A stretch of DNA of 64,000 bases from Desulfobacterales bacterium (GTDB lineage Bacteria > Desulfobacterota > Desulfobacteria > Desulfobacterales > UBA5852), in contig CAXXVS010000001.1 of NCBI GenBank assembly GCA_963674755.2, forward strand, positions 256,001-320,000. The letters are read 5' to 3'. The position numbers and the translations under genes are program-made. Below are positions 56,405 to 64,000 of the stretch, piece after piece; the stretch's first letter is position 1, and the number at the start of each line of letters is the position of its first letter. The notes below the pieces were generated by a model, which worked only from the letters and a program-made list of their open reading frames with translations, searched no databases and was not told the origin of the DNA.

Positions 56405-58834
56405 ATGGCGCGTCCTCAAGATAGTCTGGAAAAGGTAGGTGCACGGGATGTACAGGATCGTCCATTGAGCGAAGAACAACGCTATCGGGCATTGGAAGCC
56501 CGCGTTCGACAGCTCGAAGACGAGCTGCAAAGTGCCCGGCGTTCCGAGGCGGCTACCCTGGAAAGACTCGCCCAGTATCGGATCCTTGCCGAAAACCTGA
56601 CCGATATCGTCTGGACGCTGGATACCGATCTGAAGCCGACTTTTGTCACGCCGTCCGTCAAGACCCATCTCGATTATACCGTCAAGGAAGTGATCGGCCG
56701 GCCGTTTCCCGACTGGCTGACCCCGTCCAGCCGCGAACAGCTGCGGCATGCCCTAAAACGCCTTCAGAACGGCGTTCCTTCCGCCACCATGGATCTGGAA
56801 CATATCCAGCGCAACGGCAACAGCTTATGGTTCGAATGCCAGTTGTCCGGTTTGTTCGACCCCCATGGCGATTTGACCGGCTACATTTGTGTATCCCGCA
56901 ATATCGACCGGCGCAAGCAGGCCGAAAGCGCTTTGCAGCTCAGCAACGCCCTTTTCCAGACGGCTTTTGCCATCAGCCCGGATGCCGTGACCCTCAACCG
57001 GATGCGGGACGGGGTCTATACCATGGTCAACGAAGGCTTCACCCTGCTAACCGGCTACCCGCGGGAAGAGGTGCTTGGCAAAACCACCGAGGAGATCGGT
57101 ATCTGGGCCGATCCCCGGGAGCGTCAGCGCCTGGTGGAGGCTCTCGACGAGGCCGGCTCCATGCGGAACCTGGAAGCGTGTTTCCGGGTCAAGGACGGCG
57201 GCTTGCGCACCGGCCTGGTTTCCGCCAACCTCATCATCCTGAACCGCCAGCCCTATGTGCTCTCGATTACCAAGGATATCGACACCTTCAAAAAGGCCAA
57301 GGAAGCCCTGACGGAATCGGAGGAGAAGTATCGCACCCTGATCGATACGGCGAACGATGCCATTTTTATTCTCCAGGACGGTGAGGTGAAATTCCCCAAT
57401 CCCAAAGCGCGGGCAATGGCCGATAGCATGGGCGTGGATTTGAACCGGCATTCCTTTTTCGAATATGTGGCACCGGAAGATCAGAACATGATTCTGGAGC
57501 GCCACTTCCGGCGCCTGAAAGGCGACAAAGTCCCCAGCACCTACAATTTTCGCCTGCTGCGCGCCAACGGGGAAACCTTTTGGGTGGAAATCAATGCCGT
57601 GCGGATTCTCTGGGAGGGCAAACCGGCGACCCTCAATTTCATTCGGGATATCGACGATCAGGTCAAGCTCGAAGCTGAATTCCAGCACGTCCGCAAAATG
57701 GAGGCCGTGGGTACCCTGGCAGGCGCGATCGCCCATAATTTCAACAATCTACTGATGGCTATCCAGGGTAATGTGTCCCTGCTGCTGCTTGATACCGAGC
57801 GGGATGACCCCCGCCACGAGGAGATACAGAAAATTCAGGAGCACGTGGAGAGCGGCGCCCGTCTGACATCCCAACTGCTGGGATATGCCCGCAAGGGCAA
57901 ATACCGCATCCGCTCCCTGGACTTCAACGGTTTGATTACCAAGACCGTGGCCTCTTTCCGCCAGTCCAATCCCACCGTCCAGATATCCATCCACCTGGCG
58001 AGCGACCTCGATGCGGTGGCCGGGGATCGGACTCAGCTCGAGCACGTGCTCTTCAATATCTTCAAGAATGCGGCCGATGCCATGCCGGAAGGTGGCGAGC
58101 TGTTCGTCAAAACCATGAATATCAGCTACCGCCAGATCCGCAAACGGAATTATAAAATCAAGCCGGGCGAGTATATCATGCTGGTGATTGCCGACACCGG
58201 GGTGGGGATGGAACAGAAAGTGCGCCGGCGCATCTTCGAGCCTTTCTTTACCACCAAAGAACTCGGCCGGGGCACGGGCTTGGGCCTGGCGTCCGTTTAC
58301 GGCATCGTCAAGGGCCACGGCGGCTACATCGATGTGGATTCCAAGAAGGGTAGCGGCGCCACTTTTTTCATCTATCTGCCCACCTCCACGCGACCGATCG
58401 AAAAAACCGACTACAAGGATGAAAGTGTCATCCAAGGCAGCGGCTGTGTCCTGGTGGTGGACGATGAACCCGCCGTCCTGGAAATCAGCGGGAAAATGCT
58501 CCAAAAGCTTGGTTTCCGGGTGTTGGAAGCCTGCAGCGGCCGGGATGCCTTAAGCGTCTATCGCCAGAACCGGCAAATGATCGATCTTGTCATTCTGGAT
58601 ATGATCATGCCGGATATGGGCGGGGGCGAAGTCTACGACCGCATGAAGGAGATCGACCAGAACGTCAAGGCCATCCTGGCCACGGGCTACAGTCTGGACG
58701 GCGAAGCCTCCCGTATTCTGAAAAAAGGCTGTGACGACGTCATCCAGAAACCCTTTAGCATCGATCGCTTGTCCCGCGCCATTTACCAGGTCCTAAACGT
58801 TTCCAATAGTGATCGGGAGAAGTTACCTGTCTGA
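56405..58834 (+). CDS. PAS-PAS-PAS hybrid histidine kinase / receiver
   Basis: Three PAS domains, H-box AHNFNNLL, N box NAADAM, DTGVGM, FFTTK, GTGLGL, receiver VVDDE...LDMIMP...KPF. Start uncertain. Confidence 0.93.
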   Translation: MARPQDSLEKVGARDVQDRPLSEEQRYRALEARVRQLEDELQSARRSEAATLERLAQYRILAENLTDIVWTLDTDLKPTFVTPSVKTHLDYTVKEVIGRPFPDWLTPSSREQLRHALKRLQNGVPSATMDLEHIQRNGNSLWFECQLSGLFDPHGDLTGYICVSRNIDRRKQAESALQLSNALFQTAFAISPDAVTLNRMRDGVYTMVNEGFTLLTGYPREEVLGKTTEEIGIWADPRERQRLVEALDEAGSMRNLEACFRVKDGGLRTGLVSANLIILNRQPYVLSITKDIDTFKKAKEALTESEEKYRTLIDTANDAIFILQDGEVKFPNPKARAMADSMGVDLNRHSFFEYVAPEDQNMILERHFRRLKGDKVPSTYNFRLLRANGETFWVEINAVRILWEGKPATLNFIRDIDDQVKLEAEFQHVRKMEAVGTLAGAIAHNFNNLLMAIQGNVSLLLLDTERDDPRHEEIQKIQEHVESGARLTSQLLGYARKGKYRIRSLDFNGLITKTVASFRQSNPTVQISIHLASDLDAVAGDRTQLEHVLFNIFKNAADAMPEGGELFVKTMNISYRQIRKRNYKIKPGEYIMLVIADTGVGMEQKVRRRIFEPFFTTKELGRGTGLGLASVYGIVKGHGGYIDVDSKKGSGATFFIYLPTSTRPIEKTDYKDESVIQGSGCVLVVDDEPAVLEISGKMLQKLGFRVLEACSGRDALSVYRQNRQMIDLVILDMIMPDMGGGEVYDRMKEIDQNVKAILATGYSLDGEASRILKKGCDDVIQKPFSIDRLSRAIYQVLNVSNSDREKLPV

Positions 58835-58899
58835 GGCGGCACCTTGTCTGCCATCATCCGTTCCCCCCTAAAAAGTCGTGCCTGTAAAGGAGGAAGATT

Positions 58900-59220
58900 A
58901 TGCCGACCTGGATCGTAACCTTGGCTGTTTGCTGCTTGCTATGGGCGGCACCGCTATCCGCCGCCGAAGACAAACCCATCGGACAGACCCTGGGCGAAGC
59001 CGGTCGGGCCATTGTGGACGATTCCCGGAAGGCTTACGAAACGTCCAAGGATTTTGCCGTTGATACCGGACAAGCCATTTCGGAAGGCGCTCGGGAGGCC
59101 TACGAAGAGGGCAAGCACATGGGTCCCAAAATCGCCGAGGATATCAAGCAAGGCTTCCAGGGCGGCCGCCAGGCGCCGGATCCGACGAATGAAACCGCAC
59201 CGACGGCGGAAAAACCGTGA
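58900..59220 (+). CDS. exported hypothetical protein with amphipathic repeats
   Basis: AAGGAGG RBS, signal peptide, 22-residue repeat. Confidence 0.75.
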   Translation: MPTWIVTLAVCCLLWAAPLSAAEDKPIGQTLGEAGRAIVDDSRKAYETSKDFAVDTGQAISEGAREAYEEGKHMGPKIAEDIKQGFQGGRQAPDPTNETAPTAEKP

Positions 59221-60161
59221 AGGCGGTCCAGTTTGACCGCTACGGCGCTCCGGAAGTGATGACCTGCCGTGAAGTCCCGCAGCCGGTGTGCAAACCCGGG
59301 GAGCTGCTGGTACGGGTGCACGCCGCCGGGGTGAATCCCAAAGACTGCCTGGTGCGCAAGGGCAAATTCCGCTGGTTTACCGGGTGGCACTTTCCCCTGG
59401 GATTGGGCCATGACTTCGCCGGCACGGTGGAAGCTGCGGGGCACCAGGTGGACGCCTTCCAGGCCGGTGATGCGGTCTACGGCATGACCAACGGCTGGAA
59501 AGGCCGCACATACGCGGAATTTGTGGCGGTGCGGGCCTCGGAGGCCGCCCTGAAGCCCCAGACCCTGGGATTTGAAGCGGCGGCGGCCGCGCCGCTGGCG
59601 GCCCAGACCGCGCTCCAGGCCCTGCGGGACATTGGCCGCACGACGGGCGGCCAACGCGTCCTGATCAACGGCGCCTCGGGTGGGGTGGGGACTTTTGCCG
59701 TCCAGATCGCCTCCCTTCTGGGGGCGCACGTCACGGCGGTCTGCAGCGGTCGGAATGCGGACATGGTCCGGCAACTGGGCGCCCACACGGTCATCGACTA
59801 TACCCGTGAGGATCTGAGGCAGCTTTCTGCGCCGGTCGATGTGTTTTTCGATGTATTCGGCAATTGCCGCTTTCCGGATACCCGCATGATGATAAAACCC
59901 AAGGGCCGTTTCATTACCACCGTACCCGGTGCGCCCATTCTGCAATGGGACCTCATGTCACGTCTGTCCGGGGGGCCCCAGGCCCGTCTGGTGGTCGTCA
60001 AATCCCGCACAGCCGACCTGCAGGCCATTTCCGCCTGGATTGCGACGGGCCGGTTGTCCCCGGTGGTCGACCGGATTTTCCCGCTGGAAGCGGTCCGGGA
60101 GGCCCATGCCTATATCGAAACCAAACGGGCCCGGGGAAAAGTGGTTCTGCGCGTGGCCTGA
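59217..60161 (+). CDS. NAD(P)-dependent MDR-family (quinone) oxidoreductase, zinc-free type
   Basis: VHAAGVNP.D, GHDFAG, VLINGASGGVG, RARGKVVL. Confidence 0.9.
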   Translation: MKAVQFDRYGAPEVMTCREVPQPVCKPGELLVRVHAAGVNPKDCLVRKGKFRWFTGWHFPLGLGHDFAGTVEAAGHQVDAFQAGDAVYGMTNGWKGRTYAEFVAVRASEAALKPQTLGFEAAAAAPLAAQTALQALRDIGRTTGGQRVLINGASGGVGTFAVQIASLLGAHVTAVCSGRNADMVRQLGAHTVIDYTREDLRQLSAPVDVFFDVFGNCRFPDTRMMIKPKGRFITTVPGAPILQWDLMSRLSGGPQARLVVVKSRTADLQAISAWIATGRLSPVVDRIFPLEAVREAHAYIETKRARGKVVLRVA

Positions 60162-60371
60162 AAAGACCCGTCGCTCATCAGCATTCCTGGGGTGAGGAAC
60201 GCCCGGGCCGCCGTGGCATCTGATACCGGCCAATCGACTGGACGCCGTCGATGGTCCGCCGCGGCCGCTTTTGAAAACGATGGCGTGGGGATTGGCGGTG
60301 AGGAAGGAATCGCCCGGAAGGCGTTGCGCCGCAGCAATCTCCGGGGAAGAACGGGAAATGCCGCGGGAATC

Positions 60372-60929
60372 TCAGGTGGGGCTCGCGGGGTGTTGGCGCA
60401 GGTATTCCCACATGACGACGGAAGCCGCGATGCTGACGTTCAGACTCTGTACCTTTCCGAACTGGGGGATGGTGAGGGCGCGGATGTCAGGGCAGGCCGC
60501 GATGTCTGCGCTGACGCCGAATTCTTCATGTCCCAGGATGAACGCACTGCGTTTGGGGAGGGCCGCTTCGGTAAGGGGAACCCCATTGACCGGATCCAGC
60601 GCAAACAAGGTGTAGCGGCGTTTGGCGAGCGCCGCCTGACAGGTTGCAAAGCGGTCATGAAACCGGGCCGGCACCCATTTGAAGGACCCCATGGCGGGCG
60701 CCGGATCGAAAAAATCGATGCCCACCAGATGGACCTCACGGGCGCCGAAGGCATCGGCGCTGCGGAAAATTTTGCCGATATTGAAGGTCGGTTTGAGTCC
60801 GTCCAGAATGAGGACAAATTCGTGACGGCCCGGCGAGGCAAGCAGATTGGCATTTTTCTGGCGCCGGAACCGCTGCTGGGCCGCCATCCGCTGGTGTTGA
60901 AGACGCCGCCGCGTTTGTCTGAGACCCAT
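60372..60929 (-). CDS. TrmH/SpoU-family RNA methyltransferase
   Basis: NIGKIFRSADAFG, LGHEEFGV, IPQFGKVQSLNVSIA. Confidence 0.92.
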   Translation of the reverse strand: MGLRQTRRRLQHQRMAAQQRFRRQKNANLLASPGRHEFVLILDGLKPTFNIGKIFRSADAFGAREVHLVGIDFFDPAPAMGSFKWVPARFHDRFATCQAALAKRRYTLFALDPVNGVPLTEAALPKRSAFILGHEEFGVSADIAACPDIRALTIPQFGKVQSLNVSIAASVVMWEYLRQHPASPT

Positions 60930-61119
60930 TGCACCTTATCCTTCGGACACATATCCGCCACTGGGGGCCGCCTGGGCTGAGAACAAAGCGCTCCGCACAG
61001 GACTGTTGGCGGATAGGCCTAACACGGCTTTCGAAGGGAATCAAGGCGCCCGCCGACAGGAGCGCCCTGGAATGTTCGGGGTTCACCAAAGATAGCGGAC
61101 GCATATCGAATGAAAGGGC

Positions 61120-61893
61120 ATGGCCATGGTTTACAAGGAATTCGACGGGCTGGGGTTCGCGGCGGGGCGCTGGCCCCTTGATCCGAAACTGCCGACGCTT
61201 ACCTTTATTCACGGCTCCGGAGGGGACCATGCGCTCTGGCAGGGACAGATCGATCCCCTGCTTGCGTGGGCCAATACAATTGCACTGGACTTGCCGGGAC
61301 ACGGCAAGAGCCGGAAACCGGGTCTGGCGAGCGTGCCGGCCTATGCCGCGGCCGTGGCCGGATGGCTGGAGGGCCTCAGGGTGCCACGCCCGGTTCCCTG
61401 CGGCTTGAGCCTGGGGGGTGCCATCACCCTCCAACTGCTGCTCGACTGGCCGCCGCTGCTGGCGGGCGGCGTGCTGATGGGCACCGGGGCCCGACTGCGG
61501 GTGCTGCCGGAAATTCTGCAAACGATCGAGGCCGACTATGGCGCTTTCATCGATCTGCTGGGGCGTTTCGGAGCGTCCGACCAAACTCCGGCCGAGTTGA
61601 TCGCCCCTGTTCAGCGCGCCGCGGCCGCCTGCCCCCCGGAGGTTGCCGCCAACGATTTCAGGGCCTGCGACGGATTCGATGTCATGGAGCGCTTAGCCGA
61701 AATCGATACACCGGTACTCGTGCTTGCAGGTGCGGACGATCGCCTCACTCCGCCCAAATACAGCGCCTATCTGGAAGCGCATATCCGCGGCAGCCGGCGG
61801 ATCGAGGTCCCGGGGGCCGGCCACCTCGTCCCCGCCGAAAAACCGACCGCGGTGAACGAAGCCCTGCGCGCCTTTATCGTGGGCTTGCCGTAG
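61120..61893 (+). CDS. alpha/beta hydrolase
   Basis: FIHGSGG, DLPGHG, GLSLGG, G.DD.LTP, GAGH. Confidence 0.9.
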   Translation: MAMVYKEFDGLGFAAGRWPLDPKLPTLTFIHGSGGDHALWQGQIDPLLAWANTIALDLPGHGKSRKPGLASVPAYAAAVAGWLEGLRVPRPVPCGLSLGGAITLQLLLDWPPLLAGGVLMGTGARLRVLPEILQTIEADYGAFIDLLGRFGASDQTPAELIAPVQRAAAACPPEVAANDFRACDGFDVMERLAEIDTPVLVLAGADDRLTPPKYSAYLEAHIRGSRRIEVPGAGHLVPAEKPTAVNEALRAFIVGLP

Positions 61894-62042
61894 ATGCGAT
61901 ACAGCCGAGCGCATGCCAGGGGCGCGACTGGTGTCTTTTTCTTCCCCTGTCGGCCGGCTTTACAAACAGGGCCTAATTCCTTAGGTTGCATGTTATATCG
62001 GAACGTAAACGATTTTTATGCAATGGGAGGGGAGGTACGCTA

Positions 62043-62240
62043 ATGACCAGCAAGACATTCCGCTGCGAAGCATGCGGCAAACAGGTGGAACTGGCCGGCG
62101 AAATCCCGGCGGCTTCGGACTGCTGCGGGGCCAAGTGGGTCGATGTGGAGCGCTTGCCGGCCTGCGAAATGCCGGCTACGGCCGAACACTCCCGCTTCGA
62201 TGCCGAGGACGAGCCCTGCGATGACGGCCGCGCCGGTTGA
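62043..62240 (+). CDS. small desulforedoxin-like metal-binding protein
   Basis: GGAGGT RBS; C-x2-C-x15-CC plus an acidic tail with two more Cys. Confidence 0.7.
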   Translation: MTSKTFRCEACGKQVELAGEIPAASDCCGAKWVDVERLPACEMPATAEHSRFDAEDEPCDDGRAG

Positions 62241-62336
62241 CCGGGGAGGCCGTGGGCCTGGGGGCGATTCTCCCACCGCGAAGCCCTGTTTGGCAGTTGC
62301 GGGGCAGATGCGCGTAAGCGGAAAGAAATCCCCATC

Positions 62337-62663
62337 ATGAGCAAACAACTCGTTTACATGACGGCGGGCAGTCTGGCGGAGGCCCGGCAGATCGGGCAGC
62401 TGTTGGTGACGGAACGCCTGGCGGCCTGCGTCAATATCATCGAGGGCATGCACAGCATTTACCGCTGGGAGGGTGAACTCCAGCAGGACCGGGAGGTGGT
62501 CGTGATTGCCAAAACCACCCGGGAGCGTCTGCCGGCCCTGATCGATGCGGTCAAAGCCCGCCACAGCTACGACTGCCCCTGCATCGTCAGTTTGGCCATC
62601 GATGGCGGTAATCCGGCCTTTCTGGAATGGATCGGCCGTGAAGTCGAGGCCCCCACCGACTAG
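62337..62663 (+). CDS. cutA: divalent-cation tolerance protein CutA
   Basis: RLAACVNI, SIYRWEG, AKT, HSYDCP. Confidence 0.95.
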   Translation: MSKQLVYMTAGSLAEARQIGQLLVTERLAACVNIIEGMHSIYRWEGELQQDREVVVIAKTTRERLPALIDAVKARHSYDCPCIVSLAIDGGNPAFLEWIGREVEAPTD

Positions 62664-62713
62664 CGCTTCGGCATAGGGGAGGCCTTGATGGCATGATCCC
62701 ATTTTAAGGCGGG

Positions 62714-63529
62714 TCAGGCCTTTTTGCGTCCCACATGCACCACGGCAATCCCGTTGGTGAGCCGCCGGTAAGCCACCTGCCGGAAACCGGTCTCGCGCAG
62801 GATGGCGCTAATTTCATCCGGAAGATGGAAGAGACGGATCGTCTCCGGCAGGCAGGCGTAGGATTCCGCCGACCCCACCAGGAGTTGTCCCAGGAAAGGC
62901 ATGATATAAAACGAGTAGAGATCGTAGAGCCACCGGAAGACCGGGTTCACTGGGCGCGAAAATTCCAGGCACATAAAGCGGCCCCCCGGTTTCAACACCC
63001 GGTGCATTTCCCGGAAGCCCTGCACCATGTGGGTGACGTTGCGGATGCCGAAGCCCACCATGGCGGCATCGAAGGTATTGTCCGGGAAGGTGATTTGCTC
63101 GGCATCCCCCTGGATGAGCTGAATCCGCCCCTGCCAGGGCGGCGCCGCGATCTTGGGCTGGCCGGCTCGCAGCATGGCGTGATTGATATCGTAGACCACG
63201 CATAGCCCTGCATCGCCGGTGCGCCGGGCCGCCATGATGGACAGGTCGGCCGTCCCGCCGCAGACGTCCAGCACCCGATCGCCTTCCTGCAATCCCATCA
63301 TGCGGATCGCCTGCCGTTTCCAGACGTACTGGATGCCGAAGCTGAGCAGGGTGTTCATGAAATCGTATTTCGGCGCCACGCGGTTGAAGTGCCGGCGCAC
63401 CCAGGCCACCTTTTCAGCGGTCGGCATCCGGCGATAGCCGAAATGGGCCACGTCCGTGCGGTCTACCTGGTCATCCAGCTGGGCCCGGCGAACGGTCGCG
63501 TCGAACCAACGGGGCGCTTTCCAATCCAT
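62714..63529 (-). CDS. ubiE: UbiE/MenG quinone C-methyltransferase
   Basis: F..VA.KYD.MN..LS.G, LDVCGGTAD, GDAE...F, FGIRNV, RVLKPGG..CLEFS. Confidence 0.93.
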   Translation of the reverse strand: MDWKAPRWFDATVRRAQLDDQVDRTDVAHFGYRRMPTAEKVAWVRRHFNRVAPKYDFMNTLLSFGIQYVWKRQAIRMMGLQEGDRVLDVCGGTADLSIMAARRTGDAGLCVVYDINHAMLRAGQPKIAAPPWQGRIQLIQGDAEQITFPDNTFDAAMVGFGIRNVTHMVQGFREMHRVLKPGGRFMCLEFSRPVNPVFRWLYDLYSFYIMPFLGQLLVGSAESYACLPETIRLFHLPDEISAILRETGFRQVAYRRLTNGIAVVHVGRKKA

Positions 63530-63581
63530 AGTCACTTTCTCCCAATTGAGTTTATGCCCTGCGGCAATGCCTTCCCACCGG

Positions 63582-64000
63582 TCAATGCCAGAGGGCCAGG
63601 GTGCCGTCCACCAGCAGGCGCAGGGCGATCATGGTCATCACGATGCCGGACAAAAGGTCCGAATGCCGCCGGTAACGGCGTGCCAGGACCGACAGACCGG
63701 TTCCCAGCAGCAGCAGCCCCGGCAGCGTGCCCAGCCCGAAGAGCAGTGTCAGGCCGGCACCGGCCAGCAGATCGGCGGCGGCCAGGGCCCGGGCAAACGC
63801 GCCGAAGGAAAGGCCGCAGGGCAGCAGTCCCATGACCAGTCCGATGGTGAACATGCGGGCCCCGCTGCCCGGCTGTCCGGAAAGGCGCAAGAGGCGCCGG
63901 GCCCCGGGAATGCGCGCCGGGCTCGCGGCGGCCATCCACTCCGGCTCCGGGATCAAACCGATCCGGGACATGGCAAAGCCCAGCATGAAAACCCCCGCCA
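63582..64000 (-). CDS. TauE/SafE (DsbD_2-like) membrane protein, 5' end outside the window
   Basis: G..MGLLPCG and FGLGTLP motifs; hydrophobic. Confidence 0.8.
   Translation of the reverse strand, partial: AGVFMLGFAMSRIGLIPEPEWMAAASPARIPGARRLLRLSGQPGSGARMFTIGLVMGLLPCGLSFGAFARALAAADLLAGAGLTLLFGLGTLPGLLLLGTGLSVLARRYRRHSDLLSGIVMTMIALRLLVDGTLALWH

Overview
64 kb of a GC-rich bacterial chromosome. The gene content looks deltaproteobacterial (Desulfobacterales-like), which is an impression and not a search result. I found no rRNA, tRNA, CRISPR array, transposase or phage genes. The core is an unusually compact oxidative-energy region: lplA, class II fumarase fumC, sucA-sucB-lpd, a pdhABC-lpd type 2-oxoacid dehydrogenase, and then one long + strand cluster. 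That cluster joins a rearranged alternative complex III (actB-C-D-F-A) to a C-family (cbb3-like) oxidase (ccoN, diheme ccoO, ccoS, a stand-alone CcoP-N-like peptide, an ActE-like cytochrome, ccoI), followed by ubiG, ino1 and a TIM-barrel isomerase. After it come an AT-rich, apparently sigma54-driven unit (63-aa Cys-rich protein, a ~120-nt rod hairpin, a CU-rich anti-SD tract and a terminator), a third lpd divergent from gcvT-H-PA-PB-lrp, a HerA-like ATPase, an OYE-USP fusion, an M24 peptidase, a nuclease-DinG helicase, a PAS hybrid kinase and housekeeping genes. Several palindromic or MITE-like intergenic elements are present. All calls come from motif recognition only; no database searches were run.
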